In this document: positions 8,897 to 17,945 of the stretch, piece after piece
Position numbering within the stretch: position 1 is the first letter of the stretch
Layout of the letters: every line of letters begins with the position of its first letter
Source of the DNA: Arenicellales bacterium
Lineage (GTDB): Bacteria > Pseudomonadota > Gammaproteobacteria > Arenicellales > JAJDZL01
Assembly: GCA_965200645.1 (NCBI GenBank)
Contig: CBDAUN010000002.1
Location: forward strand, 309,871 to 373,870
Direction: 5' to 3'
Length of the DNA: 64,000 nt
Position numbers and translations under genes: made by a program
Notes under the pieces: generated by a model
What the model was told of the DNA's origin: nothing
Seen by the model: the letters and a program-made list of their open reading frames with translations, nothing else
Database searches by the model: none

Positions 8897-9628
8897 TTGT
8901 CCTGTGAGGGGGAGTGGGATTTGAGTTTCTTATTGGGTTTTTCCATTGCGGTTTTAACCTACTTGGCATTGCTTATATTTGTCGTCGGAGTAGTACTTCG
9001 AATAGTTAAGTACTTTCGAACCCCATCCAAATTTCTTCTGCCAATCTTTCCAGCTCCTGCAACAAGAACTGGAGTTGTCTTGCGAGTCCTTCGAGAGGTA
9101 TTCTTATTTGAAAGTCTTTTTCGCGCAAGCAAGTGGACTTGGCTGTTTGGATGGCTCTTTCATGTTGCATTGTTTGTCGTGCTGTTGCGGCACTTGTTTT
9201 TCATTGTCGATCCCGTTTGGGATTGGGTTATATGGTTGTTTCCCTACGGCGACCTTGCCGCAGCAATGATGTTGTTTGGTTTACTGGGTCTTTCAGCAAG
9301 AAGATTTCTAGTTGATCGCATTCGCTACATTTCGACACCATCTGATCACCTAATGCTTCTTCTTTTAGTCGTAATTTGCGTCAGTGGATTGCTGTTGGCC
9401 AACGTGACTTTTGTGGACCTGTCAGCCGTGCGGAACTACGCTCTTGGATTGCGCGTTTTGCAGATTAATGAACTACCAACTTCGTTGGTGCTGAACATTC
9501 ATTTAAGCAGTGTCATACTGCTAGTGGTAATCTTTCCTTTCAGTAAATTGATGCATTTTATAGCTCCTGTATTTAGTCCCCCGCATACTCAAACTAACAC
9601 TCCTAGCAGTACTAGCCGTGGCAGCTGA
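8897..9628 (+). CDS. dsrM: DsrM, NarI-like membrane dihaem cytochrome b subunit
   Basis: 243 aa with about 5 predicted TM helices and conserved His residues (FHVALFVVLLRH, PSDHLM, KLMHF). It lies directly upstream of dsrK and overlaps it by 11 nt. Confidence 0.75.
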   Translation: MSCEGEWDLSFLLGFSIAVLTYLALLIFVVGVVLRIVKYFRTPSKFLLPIFPAPATRTGVVLRVLREVFLFESLFRASKWTWLFGWLFHVALFVVLLRHLFFIVDPVWDWVIWLFPYGDLAAAMMLFGLLGLSARRFLVDRIRYISTPSDHLMLLLLVVICVSGLLLANVTFVDLSAVRNYALGLRVLQINELPTSLVLNIHLSSVILLVVIFPFSKLMHFIAPVFSPPHTQTNTPSSTSRGS

Positions 9629-11051
9629 CCTGCAATCGAAGCCATTGACAGAAAGGGCCTCAGCCGACTCAAAGCCTTACTTCGGACAAACTGCAAGTGA
9701 GGCAAATCTGGTAGACGGCTGGAAGGATATTGCTATTGCCGAATTGGGTAAACAAGTCGAGTCCAATCGAGCACTACAGGTTTTTCTAGATTCCTGCGTG
9801 AAATGTGGAGCATGCACCGACAAGTGCCACTACTATCTTGGTGGAGGTGATCCGAAAAATATGCCTGTTGCACGGCAGGACTTGATTCGAGGTGTCTACC
9901 GTCGTCATTTCACCCTCAGCGGAAAATACTTTCCGAATCTAGTTGGCGCACTCGAATTAAGTGAACAACTGATTGAAGACTGGAGTACTTACTACTATCA
10001 GTGTTCACAGTGCAGACGCTGTTCCGTCTATTGCCCCTTTGGAATTGATACAGCAGAAGTTACGATGGCTGCAAGATCAATCCTGAACAAAATCGGCCTT
10101 AAGCAGCGCTACATCCACTCAGTCATCGACAAAGTACACAAAGTCGGCAACAATCTCGGTATGCCTGCTGAGGCGATAGTGGATACCTTGCAGGCATTGG
10201 AAGAAGAGGTCAAGGAAGATACTGATGTTGATGTCAGGTTTCCGATCGACGAACCCAATGCAGAAGTTTTACTAGTCGTCCCATCAGCAGATTTTTTTGC
10301 TGAACCTCATGTCGACGGTTTAATTGGAATTGCGAAGATTTTTCACCAGGTTGGTGTGTCTTGGACTTTGAGTTCGGAAGCATCTGAAGCAGCCAATTTT
10401 GGAATTTTCGTTGGTGACCAGGATCAGATGCAAAAGATCGCACAACGAATTTGGATGGCTGCAAAAGACCTTTCCGTTAGCGAAGTAGCTATTGGAGAGT
10501 GTGGTCATGCTTGGCGAGTCGCTAGCAACTATTGGGAACAACTGAGTACCAATTCAAATTCAGCTTGGTTGGCACCGACACGACACATTTGTGAAGTAAC
10601 TCATGGATTATTGGGTGAAAACCGACTCAAGCTTGACCGCTCAGTTCACTCGGACAAGGTCATTACATTTCACGATTCGTGCAATATCGCCCGCGGTTCT
10701 CGAATGGGTAGTCATCCAAATGATGTATTCAGAATACCAAGAGATTTGTTATACGCTTCCTGCGAACAATTCGTAGATATGTCCAAAAACACCATAAAGC
10801 AGTACACCCTTTGTTGCGGAGGAGGGGGCGGATTATTGACTGATGAGTTGATGAAAATTAGGATAGCAGGTGCTACACCAAGACTAAATGCCTTGGAAGA
10901 AGTGATTGCAAATCATGGTGTGACTCACATGGCAGCCATCTGCGCGATTTGCAAGAGTCAGTTTCGAACAGTTTTGCCGAAATTTGGTTTGGGAATGGAG
11001 ATAATCGTCAGCCTGCATCAAATTGTTGGAGATGCGGTGGTTTTGAAGTGA
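9618..11051 (+). CDS. dsrK: DsrK, HdrD-like iron-sulfur / CCG-domain catalytic subunit
   Basis: 477 aa with a GTG start. It has two ferredoxin-type motifs (CVKCGACTDKC, CSQCRRCSVYCP) and CCG-domain signatures (CGHAW..., HDSCN, LCCGGGGG). Confidence 0.85.
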   Translation: MAADLQSKPLTERASADSKPYFGQTASEANLVDGWKDIAIAELGKQVESNRALQVFLDSCVKCGACTDKCHYYLGGGDPKNMPVARQDLIRGVYRRHFTLSGKYFPNLVGALELSEQLIEDWSTYYYQCSQCRRCSVYCPFGIDTAEVTMAARSILNKIGLKQRYIHSVIDKVHKVGNNLGMPAEAIVDTLQALEEEVKEDTDVDVRFPIDEPNAEVLLVVPSADFFAEPHVDGLIGIAKIFHQVGVSWTLSSEASEAANFGIFVGDQDQMQKIAQRIWMAAKDLSVSEVAIGECGHAWRVASNYWEQLSTNSNSAWLAPTRHICEVTHGLLGENRLKLDRSVHSDKVITFHDSCNIARGSRMGSHPNDVFRIPRDLLYASCEQFVDMSKNTIKQYTLCCGGGGGLLTDELMKIRIAGATPRLNALEEVIANHGVTHMAAICAICKSQFRTVLPKFGLGMEIIVSLHQIVGDAVVLK

Positions 11052-11194
11052 GCAATCGAACTGATAAACTGTCTAGCCACATAAATTAGGTTGCATGGTG
11101 GCCCAAAATTAGAACTAAACTAACTATTTCTTCGCTCAATCATTAGTATGTAATATACTCATAATATATTTTACGGATAACAAGAAATATTGTA

Positions 11195-11716
11195 ATGAGT
11201 GGAGTTACATCAGAATTAAAACCAGGTGGAGAAAGTTATCGGCCAAACGTAGGAATAATCCTATGCAAAAGAAATGGTGAAGTACTTATAGCGCGAAGAA
11301 TCAACCATGATGGTTGGCAGTTTCCTCAGGGCGGTATTGGGCGCAACGAAACATCTCACGAAGCAGCCTATCGTGAACTAAACGAAGAACTAGGTCTCGA
11401 AAAATCTCACGTTCGTCTGATGGGTTCAACCAAGAACTGGTTGAAATACGACATACCCGAAAAATTTCTCAATAGACGCTACAACGAGAACTATCGAGGG
11501 CAGATTCAGAAGTGGTTTCTCTTTGAGTTTATTGGTACAGAATCAGATTTTTGCCTGCATCTTTCGCCAAAACCAGAATTCGATGATTGGAAGTGGGTTG
11601 AATATTGGAGTCCCGTCGAAAGTGTCGTTCGATTTAAACGACATGTCTATCAGGATGCATTGGCAGAATTGGAACAGTATCTTCTATTGCTCAAAAACAA
11701 ATTAGTTCAAGCCTAA
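11195..11716 (+). CDS. rppH: RNA pyrophosphohydrolase (Nudix)
   Basis: 173 aa. YRPNVGIIL...WQFPQGGI..ETSHEAAYRELNEELGL gives the Nudix box plus an RppH-specific N-terminus. Confidence 0.9.
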   Translation: MSGVTSELKPGGESYRPNVGIILCKRNGEVLIARRINHDGWQFPQGGIGRNETSHEAAYRELNEELGLEKSHVRLMGSTKNWLKYDIPEKFLNRRYNENYRGQIQKWFLFEFIGTESDFCLHLSPKPEFDDWKWVEYWSPVESVVRFKRHVYQDALAELEQYLLLLKNKLVQA

Positions 11717-11835
11717 ATGACTGGATAGATGGTGAAATACTGATTAGAGCAACAACATACTTGACTCTTAAATTTCAATAAATCCCCAAAACCAAGTCCT
11801 ATGCGGATAGTAGCAGATTCCTGTTCTTGGCTCAG

Positions 11836-11864
11836 TTGTAGAAAGAACTAAAATTCGCCATAAT
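11836..11864 (+). promoter_or_regulatory. putative sigma70 promoter for tRNA-Gly
   Basis: TTGTAG (-35), a 17-nt spacer, then CATAAT (-10). The -10 element ends 14 nt before the mature tRNA 5' end. Confidence 0.35.
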
Positions 11865-11878
11865 TAGTCACCTGCTAT

Positions 11879-11952
11879 GCGGGTGTAGTTCAATGGTAGA
11901 ACTTCAGCTTCCCAAGCTGGTAACGTGGGTTCGATTCCCATCACCCGCTCCA
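11879..11952 (+). tRNA. tRNA-Gly (anticodon CCC)
   Basis: Cloverleaf folded by hand. Acceptor stem GCGGGTG/CACCCGC; D arm GTTC-AATGGTA-GAAC; anticodon stem TCAGC/GCTGG with loop TTCCCAA (CCC); T arm GTGGG-TTCGATT-CCCAT; encoded CCA. Confidence 0.93.
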
Positions 11953-11972
11953 ATCATTTATTCAGTTACTTT

Positions 11973-11996
11973 CAGATAAACGACTTTGTCTATCTG
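11973..11996. terminator. possible bidirectional hairpin between tRNA-Gly and the convergent BON gene
   Basis: CAGATAAAC / GTCTATCTG forms an 8-of-9 bp stem with a 6-nt loop. The stem is AT-rich and has no clear U tract, so it is weak. Confidence 0.25.
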
Positions 11997-12033
11997 GCTA
12001 GACTATTATTGTCTCAAGTGTGACCTCTAGGCG

Positions 12034-12630
12034 TTATCCCGTGAAAATTTCGAATATCGAAACAACACGTTCAATACCACGCGTCTTTGCCGCGATATCT
12101 GCAGCAATTTTTGCCTCTTCTTCTGTTAATACGCCCATTAAATAGGCAATGGTATTAGATACTATAACCACGATATCAGAAGACGGAATACTTTTGGCTC
12201 GTCCAATTCGAAAGTTCACCGAAGCCTTGAGATATTGATCCTTTATCAATTTGCTAGTCTTACTGACTTTACCTACTCGAACCTCGTTGACCACTTGTCG
12301 TACTGACTCCAGTTCTTCTGCAGTTTTTTGCAAAAAGTCCTTCATTTCAGCAGTGGGGACTTCACCAAGTAGCAATACTATGCCGTTGACAGTTGTTACG
12401 TTTATTCGATAGTTAGATTGGTCCTGAATATCAGCAAAGAAAATATTTCGGATAGTTATTGTGATAGATTTATCAATGGCGTGTTGAGCAATGCTCCGCT
12501 TGGTCACACCTTCCCTCGATTGGTTGTCTTCTTGACCTAGGGCTAAGTGGGAAAATCCAAGGGCTAAGGTAACTGTCAGCATTATTGGGATCAACACTGC
12601 AGTGGGTGAGAGTTTTCGATATGTAGTCAA
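12034..12630 (-). CDS. dual-BON-domain periplasmic lipoprotein (DolP/YraP-like)
   Basis: 198 aa with a signal peptide (LIPIMLTVTLALGFSHLALG) and two BON-like repeats (INVTTVNGIVLLLGEVPT; IVVIVSNTIAYLMGVLT). It is adjacent to lpoA and rsmI, as in the E. coli yraL-yraP region. Confidence 0.7.
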   Translation of the reverse strand: MTTYRKLSPTAVLIPIMLTVTLALGFSHLALGQEDNQSREGVTKRSIAQHAIDKSITITIRNIFFADIQDQSNYRINVTTVNGIVLLLGEVPTAEMKDFLQKTAEELESVRQVVNEVRVGKVSKTSKLIKDQYLKASVNFRIGRAKSIPSSDIVVIVSNTIAYLMGVLTEEEAKIAADIAAKTRGIERVVSIFEIFTG

Positions 12631-12702
12631 TGTGTGTCTCCGGAACTATGCTTAGATAAAAGTAAAAATCATCGAACTTAAATAATTAGTGTAAATCAAA
12701 AT

Positions 12703-14709
12703 TTAGCGCTGTTCCTGCAATTCGGGAACAGTCGGAGGGGTAAGTTGGTGGGTGAATCTTTGCACTTCTGACATGTAACTATCAGGTATTAGTTGAGGAG
12801 CACCTTCGACAAATTTGGCAAATGCGGGTTCGCGCTGAATGCGACCATTGCCATCTATTTGAAGTATTGAAGTGACACCATGATATCTGGCCCCATCTGT
12901 TCTTCTTAGTGGAACAGCACGGTACAGCAAATTGTAACTATCGATACCCATGGCAAATAATCGATCGAGTTGATTGGACTTTCTCCAAGGTGTTTTAAGT
13001 TGCTTGCGAAGTTTTCTCAGTATGGGACTGTCGTCAACCAGCCAAGGCATGTCGGCAAACTGAATTGAATTCAAATCATTATCGTTAATCGGATTGGGAT
13101 AGCCGTCGTAGATGCGCCATGTTGAGTAAATCGGCAAATTATGTGCTTTAAGGAAATCCAAATGGGGTTTGATTAGGCGGCCATGATCGGCGTCGGCTAT
13201 CAACACAACCACATCAACATCCTGGCGTCGACGAGGGATAAACTTGAGTGAACGTCCCGCCAATGAACGAATGATCCCATATCGTTTAGCACTGGCATCT
13301 ACATTGAGTAATGATTGAGTCATTTGAGAATAGTCCGACTCATTCAAGCCATATTCAATTTTGTCAACTACCTGTCCGCCTGAATGTTCCCATTGTTCTA
13401 CGAATCCTTCCAATACTCGCATTGCCCATCGAGTTGGTGGATGAAGGATAAGCGCGTATTCATCTCCAGCACTGGCAGCTTTTTTTGCTATACCTGCACC
13501 TTCTTGTTCTGGGGCAAGTGAAAACTGAACTACGAAGTCGGGTAGTATCACATTATCTGCTTGACCAAGCAAAATGGTCGGTGAAGTGATTTGATCACTT
13601 TTTGCTAAGGTATTAACTTGCTTCACACCAATCGGTCCAACAATGTAGTCCGCTCCGCCTTCAACGGCCAGCGAATAATTCAAAGTGACTAAATTAGGGT
13701 CCGAACCGATATATTCAACTTCTACCAAAGGCTTGTTTGGGTTACTGTCCACAGCATGTTGGGCAGAAAATCCAGCTACAAAAGCATTTGCTGCATCTGC
13801 ATTAGGTGAAGCATTCGGCATCAGTAGAGCAATTTTTTGGACTGATGCTTCAAGTATAGGATTATCCGGTAGTAATCCAGTTTGCAGTAGAAGATTCGCT
13901 GGGTGATTGTGGTTGTAGTTCTGCCAGTCTTCAACTGCCAGTCTGTGGTTATACGGGTCATGAATTAGAACATTCGTCACCAACGCTAAGTTAAACCAGC
14001 CTTTTGCAACCGGATCTTTAGAATCACTTAAAGCTAGCGATAATTCTTCCAGGGAAACCTTGTTCAGCAATGACCATATTTGATTGGCAACTTCAAGCTT
14101 CTCTGAATCTTCTGCTAGCAAATTCTGAAGTTTAATGAGTTCCTTGGCACAATTTATGAATTCACCCAAAACTGCAAATGAGGTTGCTGCCATTCTGAAA
14201 GTCTTGAACTGTTGCTCAGCAGTCAGTGGTATGTCTGGACTGGATAGAGCACCAAGCACTTTGATGACTTTAGCATGCTCACCATCAAGTTGGTCAATCT
14301 GGACCGTAATCAAAATATGGTCAATAGAATGCGGTGGTTCCAGCAGAGTATCTGGCACTAGACCAAGAATATCTTGCGCTTCAGTGATGCGTTGTTGTTG
14401 CACTAGTGAGTTTGCTGCGAGTAGAAGGGTTGGAACTGTGCTTCCTACGGTATAGTTTTGCAGGTGCTCCCAAGGTGTGGGAATTACTTTTTCGATGACC
14501 TCTGCCGTTTCAAAGTCTAGTTCTCCGACATCGGTAACTTCCAACTCGGTTTCAATTTCTGGTGAATCAGATACTGCACCTGTTGAAGTGTCGGTAGTTG
14601 GTGGAGTGCAGCCAAACAGAAGCAAACTCAACGTAGTTACTGATACAAAAGACGTGAAATTGCAAGACTTTGCCAGCATATATTCAGATATGGTGGTGAT
14701 GACTTTCAA
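12703..14709 (-). CDS. lpoA: penicillin-binding protein activator LpoA
   Basis: 668 aa. It has a lipoprotein-like N-terminus (LLLFGCTPP), a TPR-like N-domain and a periplasmic-binding-protein-like C-domain. It is divergent from rsmI, the canonical arrangement. Confidence 0.8.
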   Translation of the reverse strand: MKVITTISEYMLAKSCNFTSFVSVTTLSLLLFGCTPPTTDTSTGAVSDSPEIETELEVTDVGELDFETAEVIEKVIPTPWEHLQNYTVGSTVPTLLLAANSLVQQQRITEAQDILGLVPDTLLEPPHSIDHILITVQIDQLDGEHAKVIKVLGALSSPDIPLTAEQQFKTFRMAATSFAVLGEFINCAKELIKLQNLLAEDSEKLEVANQIWSLLNKVSLEELSLALSDSKDPVAKGWFNLALVTNVLIHDPYNHRLAVEDWQNYNHNHPANLLLQTGLLPDNPILEASVQKIALLMPNASPNADAANAFVAGFSAQHAVDSNPNKPLVEVEYIGSDPNLVTLNYSLAVEGGADYIVGPIGVKQVNTLAKSDQITSPTILLGQADNVILPDFVVQFSLAPEQEGAGIAKKAASAGDEYALILHPPTRWAMRVLEGFVEQWEHSGGQVVDKIEYGLNESDYSQMTQSLLNVDASAKRYGIIRSLAGRSLKFIPRRRQDVDVVVLIADADHGRLIKPHLDFLKAHNLPIYSTWRIYDGYPNPINDNDLNSIQFADMPWLVDDSPILRKLRKQLKTPWRKSNQLDRLFAMGIDSYNLLYRAVPLRRTDGARYHGVTSILQIDGNGRIQREPAFAKFVEGAPQLIPDSYMSEVQRFTHQLTPPTVPELQEQR

Positions 14710-14783
14710 ACTGGAATTTATAGAATAGCATTAAACCAAAGGCCTAGAATTACAATTTATAACCTACTGAGTATGCAGTAATT

Positions 14784-15629
14784 ATGGCAGGCACTCTATA
14801 TGTCGTGGCTACACCGATCGGTAATCTTGAAGATATTACGATGCGGGCCGTTCGCATTCTTTCCGAGGTGGATGTAATCGCAGCTGAGGATACACGAAGG
14901 TCGCGTAAATTGTTGAATCACTATAACATCGGTAATGGTGTCATTTCCTACTTTAAGTTCAACGAAGCTATGCGCACGACCAATTTGCTTAATCAATTAC
15001 TAGCTGGGTCAAACATAGCACTCATTTCTGATGCAGGTACACCCAGCATCTCTGATCCGGGTCACAGGCTAATTGAAACCGCAATCGAGGCAGGAGTCCC
15101 AGTCGTTCCCATTCCTGGTGCAAGTGCATTAACCTGTGCTCTTTCGGTTTCTGCTGTAGATACTAGACGATTTGTCTTTGAAGGTTTTCTTCCACCGAAG
15201 GGTTCTATTCGAACTACCAGATTGAATGAACTAATGCGAGAATCGAGAGCGATTGTACTGTTTGAAGCGCCGCATCGAATTGTTCAAACGCTTGCTGATC
15301 TGGCCGGGAAGTTCGGAGCAGATAGAAGAGCAGGTTTATTTCGTGAGATGACGAAAATTCACGAAACCATTTTGTTTGGTAGTCTAGGTGAACTCACCGC
15401 ACAAGTTACAGATAATTCAGTTAATCGAAAGGGTGAATTTGTCGTAGTGGTGGCTGGTACTGATTCTGTTCAATCAGATCATCCGATCGATGACACCCTG
15501 AATTTGCTTCTCAAGGAACTACCGATTCGAAAGGCTACTCAAGTTGCGGCAGAATTATTGGGTGTGCCACGCAATAAACTTTACAAACGCTCATTGGAAT
15601 TGAAGGGTTCGGACCTCGAACAATCCTAA
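14784..15629 (+). CDS. rsmI: 16S rRNA (cytidine1402-2'-O)-methyltransferase
   Basis: 281 aa. GTLYVVATPIGNLEDITMRAVRIL..VDVIAAEDTR is the RsmI/tetrapyrrole-methylase-fold signature. Confidence 0.92.
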   Translation: MAGTLYVVATPIGNLEDITMRAVRILSEVDVIAAEDTRRSRKLLNHYNIGNGVISYFKFNEAMRTTNLLNQLLAGSNIALISDAGTPSISDPGHRLIETAIEAGVPVVPIPGASALTCALSVSAVDTRRFVFEGFLPPKGSIRTTRLNELMRESRAIVLFEAPHRIVQTLADLAGKFGADRRAGLFREMTKIHETILFGSLGELTAQVTDNSVNRKGEFVVVVAGTDSVQSDHPIDDTLNLLLKELPIRKATQVAAELLGVPRNKLYKRSLELKGSDLEQS

Positions 15630-15789
15630 ATCGATTTTCGGTTGGTTGAGATCTTGATGTCTTGCGAAAATATCCGCAATTTCAATTGTTGCAAGCATGG
15701 ATGATCTCAAGAGGCTACAAAGCATCTGAGAGTTAAACTCGCTCTCGGTATTCGTTGCGGGTGAAGTCAAGCCGGCAAGGTGCTACTGG

Positions 15790-15795
15790 TATACT
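15790..15795 (+). promoter_or_regulatory. putative -10 element (TATACT) of the rnpB promoter
   Basis: TATACT lies about 10 nt upstream of the predicted RNase P RNA 5' end. The -35 is poor (TCAAGC at 17-nt spacing). Confidence 0.35.
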
Positions 15796-15805
15796 TCAAT
15801 TGATT

Positions 15806-16155
15806 AGAGTTGGTCGGGCAATCGCTTGCCTTTTAGGCGGGAGGAAAGTCCGGGCTCCACAGGGCAGAGTGCCAGGTAACGCCTGGGCGGCGTAAGCCGA
15901 CGGAAAGTGCCACAGAAAAAATACCGCCTGTGATTTACAGGTAAGGGTGAAATGGTGCGGTAAGAGCGCACCGCATTTGCGGTAACGTGAATGGCAGGGC
16001 AAACCCCACTTGGTGCAAGATCGAATAGGAGTCGAATGACGTTGCCCGCGTCCGACTCGGGTAGATCGCATGAGATGCGTGGTGACGCGTATCCCAGATA
16101 AATGGTTGCCGCCATTCAACCGAATGGTACAGAACCCGGCTTATAGGCCAACTCT
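15806..16155 (+). ncRNA. rnpB: RNase P RNA, bacterial type A
   Basis: Universally conserved blocks are visible: GGAGGAAAGTCCGGGCTCCACAGGGCAGAGTGCCAGGTAACGCCTGGG, GGAAAGTGCCACAGAAAAAATACCGCC, GGTAAGGGTGAAA and ACAGAACCCGGCTTATAGGCC. P1 pairs AGAGTTGG(T)C at the 5' end with GGCCAACTCT at the 3' end. The ends are approximate to within a few nt. Confidence 0.95.
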
Positions 16156-16387
16156 TTCTTCATCTCACTCCTTCCTTGCTTGTTCCATCCCGTCTCGCTG
16201 CGGATTTGAATCGCGAATTCATATTCAAGCCAATTCTACCGTTTCAACATAGTTCGTTCAGAGCATTAACCCATTTGCAGTTTTAAGCATGTTGCACACA
16301 TGCAACAAAATCATCCGAACTAAACGGTTCGACGAGTGTATTATTGAAATCGACTTCGAGTTATGGCAATTTCTTAGTAAAAAAGTT

Positions 16388-16414
16388 GTGAAAAATTAGT
16401 GAATTCAGAGTAAA
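16388..16414 (+). promoter_or_regulatory. three direct pentamer repeats (GTGAA-N6-GTGAA-N6-GTAAA), candidate MraZ operator
   Basis: The repeats start at 16388, 16399 and 16410, an 11-nt period, and lie 43-69 nt upstream of the mraZ ATG. The architecture resembles the triple direct-repeat MraZ boxes described upstream of mraZ in E. coli and the Mollicutes. Confidence 0.4.
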
Positions 16415-16456
16415 CTTCCGAATTACCCTAAACGTTATTGAGACTAAAAAATTTTC

Positions 16457-16927
16457 ATGGGACCGAATTTCTACGGAATCTACCAAATTTCTATCAATTC
16501 GAGCGGACAATTCAATGTTCCCACAGAGCAGCTTGACGTATTGCGCGTTTTGACAGAGGAATCAGGCGCTCGCCTTTGGGTAACGCGTGATGTTGATGAT
16601 GAATGTCTCACCATATACCGTCATGATGAATGGTCGGTTATAAGAAAAAAGATTCAACAATTACAGAACTTTACCAAGGAATTCAGGCGCATCAGTCGGA
16701 GGATGATTGGAAATTCCAAGCAAGTATCCATCGATGCTGCTGGTCGGATACTGATCCCGAAAGAGCTTCGAAATAGATGCCAACTGAAGACACGTGCGTT
16801 GTTTGTCGGTAATGGCGACCGAATTGAAATATGGGATAGAGACCTTTTTGAAAAGGCGGAGCAAAGATTTGATGAAGACAAACTGGAATTCCCGGACAAA
16901 TATGACAAGTACCTGAAAAAGGTCTGA
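16457..16927 (+). CDS. mraZ: transcriptional regulator MraZ (divergent N-terminal half)
   Basis: 156 aa, first gene of the dcw cluster, with two SpoVT/AbrB-like halves. The second half keeps the canonical IDAAGRILIP. The first half reads SINSSGQFNVP instead of the usual D-x-x-G-R. Confidence 0.85.
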   Translation: MGPNFYGIYQISINSSGQFNVPTEQLDVLRVLTEESGARLWVTRDVDDECLTIYRHDEWSVIRKKIQQLQNFTKEFRRISRRMIGNSKQVSIDAAGRILIPKELRNRCQLKTRALFVGNGDRIEIWDRDLFEKAEQRFDEDKLEFPDKYDKYLKKV

Positions 16928-16995
16928 CACAAACGTATCAGCAAATCGGAGGCGTTTTACGACAAATCGAATATGAAACAATCCGGAAATCTCCG

Positions 16996-17943
16996 ATGAA
17001 CAGGTTACAATGCGCGGGCTCGCATACACCCGTAATGTTGCAAGAAACGCTCAGTGCCCTGGCAATTGACCCCGCTGGCGGCTACATCGACGCAACCTAC
17101 GGACGTGGTGGACACTCCTCAGAAATCCTCGAACGGCTTGGGGCTGAAGGTATGTTGTTTGCCATTGACTGCGACACAGAGGCAATTCAGTCTGCCGGAG
17201 CGGAGCATGCACTTGATCACAGGTTCTCTCCTATACATGCTCGATTCTCCAATATGAAGGTGGAAGTTCGAGCCCGCGCACCTCATTTACCCATTTCCGG
17301 AGTTTTCGCCGATTTAGGGGTGTCATCGCCCCAACTTGATAATCCCGCAAGAGGTTTTAGCTTTCAACAGGAAGGATCGCTCGATATGCGGATGAATATT
17401 CAGGAACAGATTACCGCCAGTGAATGGCTTCAATCCGTGAGTGAAGAAGATCTGGTCACCGTCCTCAAGACACTGGGCGAGGAAAGATTCGCAAGGCGCA
17501 TCGCTCGTGCCATTGTGCGCAGTCGCGACGAATCCCCCATTGAGACAACGCTTCAATTGGCGAATTTAGTCAAACAAAGCGTGCCAACACGAGAACGTAA
17601 CAAACATCCCGCCACTCGTACCTTCTTGGCGATTCGAATGCACATTAACAATGAATTGAAGGAACTAACCCATTTGCTAGAACAATCGATTGATCTTCTT
17701 AAGCACGGCGGTCGATTAGTGTTGCTTACCTTTCACTCTGTTGAAGACCGAGTTGTTAAGCGCTTTATGAAGCAGGCCGCCATTGGCTCTCCAGGTCCCG
17801 ACGGTGTTCCTTTTCGTAGCACGGACTTTTCACCAACACTGAAAATCATTGGTAAAGCGCTTAAGCCTAGTGCCCGAGAAATCGCGATAAATCGTCGCGC
17901 ACGTAGTGCGACGCTTCGGGTCGCTGAAAGAATTGGAGTTTAG
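16996..17943 (+). CDS. rsmH: 16S rRNA (cytosine1402-N4)-methyltransferase
   Basis: 315 aa. HTPVMLQE...YIDATYGRGGHS...DLGVSSPQLD..RGFSF are the RsmH/MraW signatures. Confidence 0.93.
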   Translation: MNRLQCAGSHTPVMLQETLSALAIDPAGGYIDATYGRGGHSSEILERLGAEGMLFAIDCDTEAIQSAGAEHALDHRFSPIHARFSNMKVEVRARAPHLPISGVFADLGVSSPQLDNPARGFSFQQEGSLDMRMNIQEQITASEWLQSVSEEDLVTVLKTLGEERFARRIARAIVRSRDESPIETTLQLANLVKQSVPTRERNKHPATRTFLAIRMHINNELKELTHLLEQSIDLLKHGGRLVLLTFHSVEDRVVKRFMKQAAIGSPGPDGVPFRSTDFSPTLKIIGKALKPSAREIAINRRARSATLRVAERIGV

Positions 17944-17945
17944 TC

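Noticed and set aside
15796-16252. ORF-track entries of 107, 103 and 60 aa that overlap the rsmI-mraZ intergenic region.
   Set aside because: The region is RNase P RNA, with all universal conserved blocks present on the plus strand. The ORFs are artefacts of a GC-rich structured RNA gene.
16291-16306. The palindrome GTTGCA-caca-TGCAAC between rnpB and mraZ, considered as a possible rnpB terminator or operator.
   Set aside because: The stem is short, there is no flanking U tract on either strand, and it lies 135 nt beyond the RNase P RNA 3' end. I cannot distinguish it from chance.
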